Positions 9,615 to 20,272 of a DNA stretch of 64,000 nt are shown here, piece after piece (position 1 is the stretch's first letter; the number at the start of each line of letters is the position of its first letter). Location: the NCBI GenBank assembly GCA_964575415.1, contig CAZNQL010000017.1, positions 127 to 64,126 on the forward strand, in the 5' to 3' direction. The notes under the pieces were generated by a model, which saw only the letters and a program-made list of their open reading frames with translations, made no database searches and was not told the origin of the DNA. Position numbers and translations under genes: made by a program. This DNA is from an uncultured Propionivibrio sp. (GTDB taxonomy: Bacteria > Pseudomonadota > Gammaproteobacteria > Burkholderiales > Rhodocyclaceae).

Positions 9615-10227
9615 GTATTGGGCAAGGAACAGAAAATTAGGTCCGAAATCCGCACCGGGCGTCCATCCGGAATTGGCTGTTGCTGATTTCTGGTTGCCAT
9701 CCCATAAATGGATGAATGTTTTTTGAATCGGTCGAGTTCTGTCTGAAAGGGAGAGATATTGGCCAAGCGCAGGACCATGTTGCTCTGGCGCAGTGCCTTG
9801 ACCTTCATGTTTCGGGAACTTCATTCATTCCTGTTCCGCACTCGAACTCTCATTGCGGACACTTTCATCAATCTCGTACTACATTTCTCCTGACCGCGCA
9901 CAGGGAATCTTACGGTCGATCGATTTAACCGACGCTTATGGCAATGAGAAGCCTTTGTGCGCTTCCTGCATTATCCGTTCAGTGCGCTCTTTGGTTCCCT
10001 GTGAATGCTTATTTGACTCGTTCCTGGCAGCATTCTCTCAGGTCGTGGCGCACCCCGGATTTTTAGGGTGATTCGGGGTTAAGTTCTTGTTGGCATTAAT
10101 AAAATAGAGGTCTATAGTAGTAACAAGGATGAGGGAACGAGTAGGTATGTAAGAGTTGGTATTGATGTGGAAAGAGGAGGATATTTCTGCGCTAAGACTT
10201 GGTATTTAAGCGTAGGAGGTATTTGGA

Positions 10228-11118
10228 ATGAGCCAAAAGTTATCAGACAGTAAGACGAGCGTGGTGAGTAGTGAGCTCGTGCCGTTTATAGACCGACGAA
10301 GCGGGATTGATAGGCGTCATGCCGCTGATGCGGCGGCGGGTGGCGTTTCGCCGTGGGCAGATAGAAGAAAGGGTGACCGGCGGAAATCCACGTTGGGAGC
10401 GGCGATTTTATGTGTCTCGGCACTTTTTGTTTCAGATTTGGCAGTCAGTCCAGCTAGGGCGACCGAGAGAGTGAGTATTCCCGCTACGGAGGCTTTTACA
10501 TCTGACAACGTGGTGTTGCGGGGCGATATTAGCAAGCCTGAAGGGGATGGTCCTTTCCCGGCGGTGGTGTTAATGCATGGGTGCGGTGGGTGGCAGCCAG
10601 CCGTTCGTTATGCCATGAAGGCATATGCAGACTACTTGGTGAGGCACGGTTTCGTTGTCCTTGATCTCGATAGTTTTGGTCCGAGACATCTAGGGGGGGG
10701 TAAAGTGTGCGAAAGTCTCGGGAAATTGCGGGATGCCCGGGATTACCGTACGTATGATGCCTATGATGCTTTGAGGTATTTGCGGACGCAGAAATTCGTA
10801 GATGCGGCGAACGTATTCCTGATGGGGCAGAGTAATGGCGGAAGTGTCGCTATTAACGTCGCTAAGGGGGATGTGTCACAGAAAGTAAAAGAGAAGGATG
10901 GCGGTTTCCGTGCTGTCGCGGCTTATTATCCGTGGTGTGGTACGTTTGGCAGTCGAAAGATCGAACTGGAGTCGCCGTTGATCGTTTTTGCCGGTGGACA
11001 GGATGACTGGACGCCTGCGAGTGAGTGCAATGGGGTTAAGTCAACAGGGGCAGAGCTGACGGTTAAGACCTACCCGCAAGCCGCTCACTCCTTTGATCTG
11101 AAATACCGTGGGTTCTGA
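10228..11118 (+). CDS. Dienelactone hydrolase-family alpha/beta hydrolase, C-terminus truncated by an apparent frameshift (possible pseudogene)
   Basis: PAVVLMHGCGG, GQSNGG nucleophile elbow, DDWTP, AAHSFD; residual C-terminal helix-like text (LLAKNESKAR, LFLKHF) in other frames to about 11213. Confidence 0.75.
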   Translation: MSQKLSDSKTSVVSSELVPFIDRRSGIDRRHAADAAAGGVSPWADRRKGDRRKSTLGAAILCVSALFVSDLAVSPARATERVSIPATEAFTSDNVVLRGDISKPEGDGPFPAVVLMHGCGGWQPAVRYAMKAYADYLVRHGFVVLDLDSFGPRHLGGGKVCESLGKLRDARDYRTYDAYDALRYLRTQKFVDAANVFLMGQSNGGSVAINVAKGDVSQKVKEKDGGFRAVAAYYPWCGTFGSRKIELESPLIVFAGGQDDWTPASECNGVKSTGAELTVKTYPQAAHSFDLKYRGF

Positions 11119-11405
11119 CGTGAATACGAGTCCGATGCTTCTTGCGAAGAACGAAAGCAAAGCACGTACGGAATCTCGCTAGAGCGGCTTTATTCCTCAA
11201 ACATTTTGCATGACCGTTATCAGCGATAGCTGATAACGTGCCATAATTGACAGGCATATTCCCTTGTTCGCCTTTTTTTTGTAGTTTTGGCTGAGGCTCA
11301 TGCTTGCTTGGCTACGATTGTCTGTTTTAACGATTTTTCGGTCTGTGTCGAAACACGTTTGTGTTTGTTGTACACGCCGGCTTCTGCTAGAATGCGCCCT
11401 CTTCT

Positions 11406-11496
<91 letters not shown>

Positions 11497-11503
11497 GATA
11501 CTT

Positions 11504-11533
11504 TGCAAAACGGCCCTCTCGGGCCGTTTTGCA
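11504..11533 (+). terminator. Intrinsic terminator after the tRNA
   Basis: Perfect 13-bp stem TGCAAAACGGCCC-tctc-GGGCCGTTTTGCA. Confidence 0.85.
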
Positions 11534-11615
11534 TTTCAGGCTTGCCAATATCGCAAATTCAGCGCCGAGCAATGGCTTATGGTTAGAGTACGGTTAATTT
11601 CAATTAGGTGTCATT

Positions 11616-11697
11616 TGTAATCTTTATGTAATCAGGGTGTAACAAGGCTTGGGTAAATTTGAATTGCTTAGTGCCTGAAATTGGCCGATTAATCGCG
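11616..11697 (+). promoter_or_regulatory. Three TGTAA(T/C) direct repeats at 11-bp period, followed by a sigma54-like element
   Basis: TGTAAT 11616, TGTAAT 11627, TGTAAC 11638; TGGC-cgattaat-CGC (GG-N10-GC) at 11682-11696. Confidence 0.5.
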
Positions 11698-11758
11698 ATC
11701 CATGCATGTCCCGGATTGGCTGTTGGGAGTTCAAGGTGACGCTCAAGGGGAGTTCCTG

Positions 11759-11986
11759 ATGTCTGCAAAACCAGCAGAAGAGTACGTGGCAAAGGCTTTA
11801 CGTTTGACGAGCGAAGAGGTCGATATTTTGTTGGCGAGAATGCAAGTACATTATTCGCGCCGGATGCAGGATGCGCGACTCTCCAAGATCGAAGCGCTGG
11901 CTTTGCAACTTCAATTCGAGGATGAAGATTTGTTGTCCTGGCGTACTGTGATGGCGGAACTGCGAGCCAAGAGCGACGCACTGTGA
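11759..11986 (+). CDS. Small helical hypothetical protein (75 aa)
   Basis: RBS AAGGGGAG before ATG 11759; plausible amphipathic sequence. Confidence 0.6.
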   Translation: MSAKPAEEYVAKALRLTSEEVDILLARMQVHYSRRMQDARLSKIEALALQLQFEDEDLLSWRTVMAELRAKSDAL

Positions 11987-12213
11987 GCCGTTTCTCTCAC
12001 ATCTATTAATTGTCTCGTATTTCTTCGATGCCAACGCTATAGAGGAGGCGCGGGCCTGTACTGAATTTTGTGTAAACGGACTATTGGCTGGAAACTGCCG
12101 GGTTCTCTTGGGGCCTAATATCGCTTCTTGGCTTCCGGTCGGGGGCAGGCGATGGCGACCTTGATGTAAGCGGCTGCTATACTTCCCGCCGTTCGCGGCT
12201 AAGGAAAACAGAC

Positions 12214-12852
12214 ATGGCAATGAAATACCAGATTATCCCGGTTACTCCGTTCGAGCAGAACTGTACCCTTTTGTGGTGTGATGAGACGTTGCGCGCAGCG
12301 GTGGTCGATCCGGGCGGCGATGTTTCCCGCATCCTCAATGCGGTGAAGAAGGTTGGCGTCGAATTGGAGAAAATCCTCGTGACGCACGGCCATATCGACC
12401 ATGCTGGGGGTGTTGCCGAGCTTTCGGATCAACTCTCGCTACCGGTCGAAGGGCCGCAGCGCGAGGATCAGTTCTGGATCGATGGGATGCCGAAACAAAG
12501 TGTGATGTACGGTTTCCCGAATGTGCGCAGCTTTACGCCGGATCGCTGGCTGGAGCAGGGCGATTACGTGAATTTCGGCAATGTCGAGCTCGAGGTCCTG
12601 CATTGTCCGGGGCATACGCCCGGACATGTCGTGTTTTTTAATCGGACGGCGCGGCTGGCGCTCGTCGGGGACGTTCTGTTCAAGGGGTCGATCGGCCGGA
12701 CCGATTTTCCGAAGGGCGATTTCGATACCTTGATATCTTCGATCCGCAATCGTCTCTGGCCTCTGGGCGACGATGTGGCGTTCATTTCAGGCCACGGGCC
12801 GATGTCGACTTTCGGGGCCGAGCGGCGCAGCAATCCCTTCTGTGGCGATTGA
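12214..12852 (+). CDS. MBL-fold metallo-hydrolase (YcbL/GloC-like)
   Basis: THGHIDH, PGHTPGH, GDVLF.GSIGRTD, GHG. Confidence 0.92.
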   Translation: MAMKYQIIPVTPFEQNCTLLWCDETLRAAVVDPGGDVSRILNAVKKVGVELEKILVTHGHIDHAGGVAELSDQLSLPVEGPQREDQFWIDGMPKQSVMYGFPNVRSFTPDRWLEQGDYVNFGNVELEVLHCPGHTPGHVVFFNRTARLALVGDVLFKGSIGRTDFPKGDFDTLISSIRNRLWPLGDDVAFISGHGPMSTFGAERRSNPFCGD

Positions 12853-13234
12853 TTCTGCCGCCCCGAGAACCTATCAGTTGCTGATCGAAGTGACCGGGCC
12901 ACTTCGCTTGCGCGTCGGGCGTCTCGGGGCCTTTGATTTTCCTGCCGGGTTGTACCTTTATACAGGCAGCGCGTTACGCAATTTCGAGGCGAGAGTTCGT
13001 CGTCATCTTGCAATAAGCAAGAAATTGCACTGGCACATCGATTATCTCCTCTCTGCGCCGGGGGTCAGGGTGGTTGACGTGCTGCGACATAACGAGGCTG
13101 AATGCGACGTGAATCGGCGAGTCGATGGCGAGGTCGTGGTGCCTGGTTTCGGTGCAAGCGATTGCCGCGCCGGCTGTGGTAGTCACCTGAAACGAATTTC
13201 TTGCAGGGACGGCGGGACGCGGAAAGCGTCTTGA
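12842..13234 (+). CDS. DUF123 / GIY-YIG (Uri) superfamily protein
   Basis: G.YLYTGSA...RVRRH...KLHWHIDYL...EC...GFGASDC..GC.SHL. Confidence 0.8.
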   Translation: MAIDSAAPRTYQLLIEVTGPLRLRVGRLGAFDFPAGLYLYTGSALRNFEARVRRHLAISKKLHWHIDYLLSAPGVRVVDVLRHNEAECDVNRRVDGEVVVPGFGASDCRAGCGSHLKRISCRDGGTRKAS

Positions 13235-13353
13235 AATGCCGCGAGCGGGATGGGTTCGTGGGCGGGTGAGGTGCCTACAGCCAATCAAGTAAAGCAAGCT
13301 ACTTGCGTCAAACAAGCCAAAATGGAAATCGCCGCAAACTCTGCGGCGATTGC

Positions 13354-14568
13354 TTAATCCTGGTGCTCGACGTTGATATGGCTGGCCCAGTAGAACGAGT
13401 CGACCTGCGCCTTGGCGAACGTTTCCGGGGAAATGTTCAGGCGGGTGAGCGTCTCTATAGCCGAGCCGAAGTTGCCTGCCTCGCCGGCCGCAATCGCTGC
13501 CAGCAACTGGCTGAGAATTCCGCCCTGACCTGGCGTGAGTAGTGCCTCGACCACATCCTCGTGCATGGGCAATTCCTTGACGATCTCTTTCATCGGCAAA
13601 TTGATCAGCACATCGAGTAGCGAAAAGAGTCCGGTCAGGAATGCATGATCCTTGAGTTCGGAATCTTTCGACGCAGGATCGATCTGGGCGGAAAGCAGTT
13701 CGAGCAGGTGACCGCGGGCCGCGGCAAGCTGCATCAAGGGATTCGGAGTATTGGCGTCGGCCAGGTTGTTGGCGTAAACCAGCAATTGCAGCCAGCGTTG
13801 CAATTGCCGGCGACCGAGAATGGCGATCGCCTGCGAGAAGTTGCTGATCTTGGTCCGGGCGCCGACGGCAACGGAATTGACGAGCCGCAAAAGGTTATAC
13901 GAAAGTTTCGGTTCTTCACGGAAGATCGCCTCGATTTCGCGCGTGTCGCCGTCGTCCTTGACCAAGTTGAGCAGCTTGAGCAGTTTGAGTCGGGCAAGAT
14001 CGGGATCTTTGCCCTGGAGTGAGTGGTGCGCCTTAAGGAACTGGCTGTCGCAGAGATCAAAGCTTTTTTCCGACAGCCAGTGGAACATGTCGTGTGATCC
14101 GACTTTTGACGCAATTTTTCCGAAACCGGCATCTTGGGCATAAGCAAGGTCAGATGCCTCGATATCCTGGTAGATGCAAGCGGCATCGAAACGCAAAAAA
14201 TCGAAGACGGCAAAGGGGACGTTCCTGATCGTTTGCGATTTGTCGATATGCACGCCGAAGCGGTAGCCTTGGCTGTGATGGAATTTGCACCGCTCAATAA
14301 CCTGTGCATCTACTAAGCAACTGGCCGGGAGGATAAAGATGACCTGACCGGCTTCGTAGGCGTCCACAACCCCTCCCTGGGTGAACCACTCGGGTTCGGC
14401 TGTAACGACCAGTTGGAGGTTTTTCGCCAGAAGGCTGGCATTGGCGCCCGAAAAACAGCGGGCAAAATCAATATGCCCGGTCTTCGGATTTTCCGATTGC
14501 CAGGCCATTGCCGCCCAGCTTTGATCAGCTGCCACCAGCGGACGAAAGAAGAAATAAGGTGAGGTCAT
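13354..14568 (-). CDS. Degenerate-EAL plus HDOD signalling protein
   Basis: EPKLSYNLLRLVNS, AIAILGRRQLQRWL, AFLTGLFSLLD. Confidence 0.85.
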   Translation of the reverse strand: MTSPYFFFRPLVAADQSWAAMAWQSENPKTGHIDFARCFSGANASLLAKNLQLVVTAEPEWFTQGGVVDAYEAGQVIFILPASCLVDAQVIERCKFHHSQGYRFGVHIDKSQTIRNVPFAVFDFLRFDAACIYQDIEASDLAYAQDAGFGKIASKVGSHDMFHWLSEKSFDLCDSQFLKAHHSLQGKDPDLARLKLLKLLNLVKDDGDTREIEAIFREEPKLSYNLLRLVNSVAVGARTKISNFSQAIAILGRRQLQRWLQLLVYANNLADANTPNPLMQLAAARGHLLELLSAQIDPASKDSELKDHAFLTGLFSLLDVLINLPMKEIVKELPMHEDVVEALLTPGQGGILSQLLAAIAAGEAGNFGSAIETLTRLNISPETFAKAQVDSFYWASHINVEHQD

Positions 14569-14805
14569 TAAATTATGGGCACTGAAGCTGTATTTCTGCG
14601 GTGCTGCAGTCGGTGATCCGGAATGTTAGATGTAGCTAACGATTGTCTGGGGCGTATTCTACATTAGTTTACAGTCTAGTTTCTTCGTTTGGCAGCAGTG
14701 ATGGACATGTATTCCATTTTTAATCAATACACTAGTCAATATATTCATGTTTTGGAAATGCGGTAGATAATCTTTCCAAGGCGATCCAGAGTAAAATCCG
14801 TCCTT

Positions 14806-16470
14806 ATGAGTTACCAAGTACTGGCACGCAAATGGCGGCCGCGAACATTTGAGAGCCTTGTCGGGCAGGAGCATGTCGTGCGTGCCCTGACCCATGCCCT
14901 GACTGAAAAGCGTCTGCATCATGCCTACCTGTTTACGGGGACTCGTGGTGTCGGCAAGACTACCCTGGCGAGAATCCTCGCGAAGTCGTTCAACTGCGAA
15001 ACGGGCGTTACGGCCAAACCTTGCGGCGTTTGTTCCGCCTGTACCGAGATCGATTCCGGGCGATTTGTCGATCTCCTCGAGGTCGATGCCGCGACCAATA
15101 CCAAGGTCGACGAGATGCGTCAGCTCCTCGAGAATGCCGTCTATGCGCCAACAAGGGGGCGTTACAAGGTCTATGTGATCGACGAGGTCCATATGCTCTC
15201 GAATTCAGCGTTCAACGCAATGCTGAAGACGCTCGAAGAGCCGCCGGAGCACGTCAAATTCATCCTGGCAACGACCGATCCGCAAAAAATTCCGGTCACC
15301 GTGCTTTCGCGTTGTTTGCAGTTCAATCTCAAGCAGATGACGCCGCCGCTGATCGCCGGGCATCTGAAGCATATTCTCGAGGTGGAGTCGATCGATGCCG
15401 AGCCCGCCGCGCTCAATCTGCTTTCGCGGTCGGCATCGGGCAGCATGCGTGATGCGCTTTCCTTGCTTGATCAGGCCATCGCGCATGGGGCAGGGCGGGT
15501 CGAGGAAGCGCAAGTGCGTGAAATGCTTGGCACCGTTGATCTCGATTACCTGTTTTCGATTCTCGATGCTTTGTTGGCTGGCGATGTTGTCGGCATGCTG
15601 CGGGTTGCCGACAACATGGCCTTGCGCAGTTTGTCGTTCGATACCGCATTGCAGGGACTGGCCAGTCTGCTGACGCGTTTGCAAGTTGCCCAAATGGCAC
15701 CGAGTGCGATTGCCGACGACTTGCCGGAGCGCAAGCGTCTCTTGGACTTGGCTGGCCGGCTCGATCCCGAATTTGTGCAACTGGCCTATCAGATCGCCGT
15801 GCAGGGGCGCAAGGAATTGACGCTGGCACCCGATGAGCAGGCTGGATTCGTTATGACCCTGCTGCGGCTGCATGCCTTTCGTCCGGCGCAAACCGGCGAT
15901 TTTCCGGCATGGGGGCCGGACGTTGCGACGAGTCGCCCGGCCAGTGAAGTCATCGAATCTCCTGCGCAATTTCAAGCGCCCAATAAGGAAGCTGCTTCAG
16001 CGCGCGCCGAAGAACCCCCGCAGGCTGATCCGGTGGTAATGGCGGAAACAGGGGGAGGCGCGACTGCCGTTGATGCTGGAACAATGCCTTCTTCAGAAGT
16101 CGACTGGCATGATCTGTTGGCTTCGCTGAAGCTGGGCGGTATGGCTCGCGAACTCGGTCAGCATTGTCTCTTGCGTCGCATTCAGGGGGCTCAAGTCGTT
16201 CTTTGCTTATCGCCGACCCACCGCCATTTGTTGATGAAACCGGCGCAGGACAAGCTGCAGCAGGCGCTTTCGGAGCGTTTCGGTCGGGCGGTGCAACTGT
16301 CGGTCGAACTGGAAGCGGTCAGCGGAGAAACACCAGCCGCCGCTGCAGAGCAACGCCGGAAAGAGCGTCAGGATCATGCTGTCGCTGCTGTCGAACAGGA
16401 CGAGTTCGTGCGAGAAGTTATCGACCTGTTTGATGCCACATTGATTGAATCATCGATTAAACCCATTTAA
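14806..16470 (+). CDS. dnaX: DNA polymerase III gamma/tau
   Basis: [34 protein letters not shown]. Confidence 0.97.
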   Translation: MSYQVLARKWRPRTFESLVGQEHVVRALTHALTEKRLHHAYLFTGTRGVGKTTLARILAKSFNCETGVTAKPCGVCSACTEIDSGRFVDLLEVDAATNTKVDEMRQLLENAVYAPTRGRYKVYVIDEVHMLSNSAFNAMLKTLEEPPEHVKFILATTDPQKIPVTVLSRCLQFNLKQMTPPLIAGHLKHILEVESIDAEPAALNLLSRSASGSMRDALSLLDQAIAHGAGRVEEAQVREMLGTVDLDYLFSILDALLAGDVVGMLRVADNMALRSLSFDTALQGLASLLTRLQVAQMAPSAIADDLPERKRLLDLAGRLDPEFVQLAYQIAVQGRKELTLAPDEQAGFVMTLLRLHAFRPAQTGDFPAWGPDVATSRPASEVIESPAQFQAPNKEAASARAEEPPQADPVVMAETGGGATAVDAGTMPSSEVDWHDLLASLKLGGMARELGQHCLLRRIQGAQVVLCLSPTHRHLLMKPAQDKLQQALSERFGRAVQLSVELEAVSGETPAAAAEQRRKERQDHAVAAVEQDEFVREVIDLFDATLIESSIKPI

Positions 16471-16492
16471 TCCCCAAGAAGAGGAAAGCAAC

Positions 16493-16816
16493 ATGATGAA
16501 AGGCGGAATCGCCGGCCTGATGAAGCAGGCGCAGCAAATGCAGGAGAACATGAAGAAGGCGCAGGAGCAGCTTGCTCAAGTTGAGGTCGAAGGCCAATCC
16601 GGTGCGGGCATGGTCAAGGTGATGATGACCTGTGCTCACGATGTTCGTCGGGTGACGATCGATCCGTCCGTGATGGACGACAAGGAAATGCTCGAAGACC
16701 TTCTCGCCGCCGCCGTCAACGATGCGGTGCGTCGTGCTGCGCAGGTTTCGCAGGAACGGATGGCCGGCTTCACGGCGGGGCTCAATCTGCCGGCTGGGAT
16801 GAAACTGCCGTTCTGA
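16493..16816 (+). CDS. ybaB: YbaB/EbfC nucleoid-associated protein
   Basis: [32 protein letters not shown]; synteny. Confidence 0.93.
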   Translation: MMKGGIAGLMKQAQQMQENMKKAQEQLAQVEVEGQSGAGMVKVMMTCAHDVRRVTIDPSVMDDKEMLEDLLAAAVNDAVRRAAQVSQERMAGFTAGLNLPAGMKLPF

Positions 16817-17418
16817 TGTCGACGCCATCGAGCCTCGAATCCCTGATCGAGGCATTGCGTTGTCTGCCGGGTATTGGTCCGAAGTCGGCACAGCGTATGG
16901 CTTACTACCTGATGCAGCATGATCGGCCAGGCGCTTCCCGCTTGGCCGATGCCTTGCAATGCGCGCTAGGCGCACTTCGCCATTGCCAGCGTTGCAATAC
17001 CTTTACCGAAAAGGAGATCTGTGAGCGTTGTTTGTCGACCAAACGTGACGCTAGCCTGCTTTGCGTCGTGGAAACGCCGGTCGACATGAATATGATGGAA
17101 CAAACTCACGCTTACTCTGGTCTCTATTACGTTTTGATGGGACGGGTCTCTCCGCTCGACGGGATTGGGCCGCGTGAGTTGCGCCTTGACCAATTGCTGG
17201 CGCGTGCCTGCGATGGCCTTGTCAAGGAAGTGATTTTGGCGACCAATTTCACCAATGAAGGCGAAGTGACCGCCCATTACCTGATGGAAATGCTGCGAAG
17301 CCGCGGTGTCAATGTTTCACGCATCGCGCGCGGTGTGCCGGTTGGCGGCGAACTCGAATATGTTGATTCGGGAACGTTGGCCCAAGCGGTTCGTGAGCGG
17401 AAGCTGCTTGAAAAATAG
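16816..17418 (+). CDS. recR: Recombination protein RecR
   Basis: [12 protein letters not shown]4 zinc finger, [20 protein letters not shown]. Confidence 0.97.
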   Translation: MSTPSSLESLIEALRCLPGIGPKSAQRMAYYLMQHDRPGASRLADALQCALGALRHCQRCNTFTEKEICERCLSTKRDASLLCVVETPVDMNMMEQTHAYSGLYYVLMGRVSPLDGIGPRELRLDQLLARACDGLVKEVILATNFTNEGEVTAHYLMEMLRSRGVNVSRIARGVPVGGELEYVDSGTLAQAVRERKLLEK

Positions 17419-17516
17419 ACATCAAGATTGTTTTGCCTAAATCGGGGGGTGGTCTTGGAATACGGTTCCGTATATTTGAATCCGGCATCGGTCAATGGGG
17501 CCAGGGAGGTTCTGGG

Positions 17517-18113
17517 ATGAGCGATGCGATCAAGATGGATTGCGGCAGGCGGCGGTTGATCGTCGCTACGGCCGCGGTTGGTGGTGCCGGAGCCGTGACG
17601 GCCATGGTGCCTTTCCTGTCCAGCATGTTGCCTTCCGAGCGAGCTAAAGCCGCGGGGGCGCCGGTCGAAGTCGACATCAGCAACTTGGCGCCTGGTCAGC
17701 TGATTACCGTCGAGTGGCGTGGCAAGCCGGTCTGGATCTTCAACCGCAGTGAAGAAATGCTCGGATCGTTGGCAAAGCTCGATTCGGCCGTGGCTGACCC
17801 GGGTTCCGAGGTCAAAAATCAACCTGCGTCATGCAAGAACGAGACGCGTTCGATCAAGCCAAACGTCTTGGTCGTTGTCGGTATTTGCATGCATCTAGGG
17901 TGTTCGCCGGGTCCTAAATTCAAAAAAGGTTCGGAGGAGAGCATGCCCGCTGACTGGCAAGGCGGTTTTCTGTGCCCGTGCCACGGTTCGACATTCGACT
18001 TTGCTGGCCGCGTGTTCAAGAACAAGCCGGCGCCCTCTAATCTTGTGGTGCCGCCGCACATGTATTTGTCTGATACGCGCATCCTGATCGGCGAAGAGAC
18101 GAAGGGGGCTTGA
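17517..18113 (+). CDS. petA: Ubiquinol-cytochrome c reductase Rieske subunit
   Basis: Tat-like RRR, C(M)HLGC and CPCHGS boxes. Confidence 0.95.
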   Translation: MSDAIKMDCGRRRLIVATAAVGGAGAVTAMVPFLSSMLPSERAKAAGAPVEVDISNLAPGQLITVEWRGKPVWIFNRSEEMLGSLAKLDSAVADPGSEVKNQPASCKNETRSIKPNVLVVVGICMHLGCSPGPKFKKGSEESMPADWQGGFLCPCHGSTFDFAGRVFKNKPAPSNLVVPPHMYLSDTRILIGEETKGA

Positions 18114-18115
18114 AC

Positions 18116-19438
18116 ATGGCGAACAACAGCGTTTTCGAAAAGTACAAGTCCGACGGTTCGCGTCTCGGAAACTTGCTCGAATGGTTCGACGCCCGTTTTC
18201 CGGCGACTTCAATGTGGCGCGGGCATTTGTCCGAATACTACGCACCGAAGAATTTCAACTTCTGGTACTTCTTCGGTTCCCTGGCCATCGTGGTGCTCGC
18301 TATCCAGATCATTACCGGGATTTTTCTGGTGATGTTCTACAAGCCGGATGCGGCACTCAATGCCAGCGGCGTGCCGGTGGCCTTTGCCAGCGTCGAGTAC
18401 ATCATGCGCGACGTGTCGTGGGGTTGGCTGATCCGCTACATGCATTCGACCGGCGCCTCGGCGTTCTTCGCCGTGGTCTATCTGCATATGTTCCGCGGTA
18501 TGCTCTATGGTTCTTATCGCAAGCCGAGGGAACTGATCTGGGTTTTCGGCACCGTCCTTTTTGTCGTGCTGATGGCGGAAGCGTTCATGGGCTATCTGCT
18601 GCCTTGGGGGCAGATGTCCTACTGGGGGGCGCAGGTCATCGTCAATCTATTCTCGGCCATTCCGTTTGTTGGCGAACCGCTGACTATCTGGATACGCGGC
18701 GATTACGTGGTCGGCGACGCAACCCTGAACCGATTCTTCTCCTTCCACGTGATTGCCGTTCCGCTGGCCTTGATGGGCCTCGTGGTAGCGCACATCCTGG
18801 CCTTGCATGAAGTTGGTTCGAACAATCCGGACGGGATCGAGATCAAGAAGAAGCTTGACGCCAACGGCATTCCGCTTGACGGCATTCCTTTTCATCCTTA
18901 CTACACCGTGAAGGATATCGTCGGCGTCGTCGGTTTCCTGATCGTATTTTTCGCTGTTGTCTTTTTCGCGCCCGAGGGCGGCGGCTACTTTCTGGAGTAC
19001 AACAACTTTTTTCCGGCCGATCCGCTCAAGACGCCGCAGCATATCGCTCCGGTCTGGTATTTCACACCGTTCTACTCGATGCTGCGCGCCATGGTTTGGC
19101 CTCTTTTCGGGCTCGATGCAAAACTCTGGGGCGTCATGGTGATGGGGGCGGGGGTCGTTATCCTCGGATTCCTTCCTTGGCTGGACCGCAGTCCGGTTAA
19201 GTCGATTCGCTATCGGGGGCCGATTTTCAAGACCCTGTTGACGCTTTTTGTCATTTCCTTTCTCCTGCTCGGCTTCTTGGGAACGAAACCGCCCGAGTAT
19301 GCCTTCTTCGGTCTGATCCCGGGCGCCTTGGTTGCTCAGATGATGACGGCTTACTACTTCCTGTTCTTTCTTACCATGCCCTGGTGGTCGAGAATCGACA
19401 AGTGCAAACCGGAACCGGAAAGGGTGACCTACAAATGA
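18116..19438 (+). CDS. petB: Cytochrome b
   Basis: RYMHSTGAS, PWGQMSYWG, HILALH, PVWY. Confidence 0.97.
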   Translation: MANNSVFEKYKSDGSRLGNLLEWFDARFPATSMWRGHLSEYYAPKNFNFWYFFGSLAIVVLAIQIITGIFLVMFYKPDAALNASGVPVAFASVEYIMRDVSWGWLIRYMHSTGASAFFAVVYLHMFRGMLYGSYRKPRELIWVFGTVLFVVLMAEAFMGYLLPWGQMSYWGAQVIVNLFSAIPFVGEPLTIWIRGDYVVGDATLNRFFSFHVIAVPLALMGLVVAHILALHEVGSNNPDGIEIKKKLDANGIPLDGIPFHPYYTVKDIVGVVGFLIVFFAVVFFAPEGGGYFLEYNNFFPADPLKTPQHIAPVWYFTPFYSMLRAMVWPLFGLDAKLWGVMVMGAGVVILGFLPWLDRSPVKSIRYRGPIFKTLLTLFVISFLLLGFLGTKPPEYAFFGLIPGALVAQMMTAYYFLFFLTMPWWSRIDKCKPEPERVTYK

Positions 19439-20166
19439 AAGCGATTCTCTTGAGGAAAATCCTGCTGGTTTTCTTGTGGGCGCCGCTCGCCGTTTTCGGG
19501 TCGGGGTCAGTTCATTTGGAGACGGCACCCGATCGGCAGGGAGACCAGGTGGCGTTGCAAAACGGGGCGCGGTTATTCGTCAATTACTGTTTAAGTTGCC
19601 ACGGTTTGAGCTTTGTCCGTTACAATCGCCTGACTGAACTTGGCTTGACCGATCAACAAGTTCGGGACAATCTGATGTTCACCGCCGATAAAATCGGTGA
19701 ACCGATGCGTATCGCGGCGCGTCCGGCGGACCAGAAAAAATGGTTTGGTGTGATGCCGCCCGATCTGTCGCTGGTTGCCCGGGCACGTGCTTCTGCCGAT
19801 GGCAGCGGTGCCGACTGGTTGTATACTTACCTGCGCTCGTTCTATCGCGACGACAGTCGACAAACCGGCTGGAATAATACGATATTTCCGAATGTCGGTA
19901 TGCCGCATGTTCTCTGGCAGTTGCAAGGGCAGCAGAGTTTGGATTCTGGGGCGAACAAGCTGGAAGTTGCCGTTCCTGGGCAGTTGTCGTTATCGGAGTA
20001 CGATAGCCAAGTGGCCGATTTGGTCGGGTTCCTGGTCTGGGCGGGTGAGCCGGGGGCGGGTTTCCGGAAGCTGTTGGGTTTTGGCGTTTTGGCGTTTCTT
20101 CTGATTCTGTTCGGCGTGTCCTATGCGTTGAAAAAGGAATACTGGAAAGACGTCAAGAAGAATTAG
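19435..20166 (+). CDS. petC: Cytochrome c1
   Basis: CLSCH haem motif, PPDLSL, GMPH, C-terminal TM anchor. Confidence 0.95.
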   Translation: MKAILLRKILLVFLWAPLAVFGSGSVHLETAPDRQGDQVALQNGARLFVNYCLSCHGLSFVRYNRLTELGLTDQQVRDNLMFTADKIGEPMRIAARPADQKKWFGVMPPDLSLVARARASADGSGADWLYTYLRSFYRDDSRQTGWNNTIFPNVGMPHVLWQLQGQQSLDSGANKLEVAVPGQLSLSEYDSQVADLVGFLVWAGEPGAGFRKLLGFGVLAFLLILFGVSYALKKEYWKDVKKN

Positions 20167-20272
20167 AAGCAGTAACTGCCTGTTTTTTCGGGTATCGGCA
20201 TCGCCGCCGCTATGTGCGCCAGATTAGACGCATGGCCTTCGCGATGCCGGTCAGTTTTTTGGGGTATTGATT

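Noticed and set aside
9543-10071. Short ORFs between the MerR gene and the hydrolase
   Set aside because: No motifs or RBS; the region looks like decayed repeat or intergenic DNA.
14569-14805. SRP RNA (ffs) upstream of dnaX
   Set aside because: No SRP domain IV motif seen; the region is AT-rich intergenic sequence.
15900-16100. dnaX programmed -1 frameshift
   Set aside because: No A AAA AAG slippery heptamer found.
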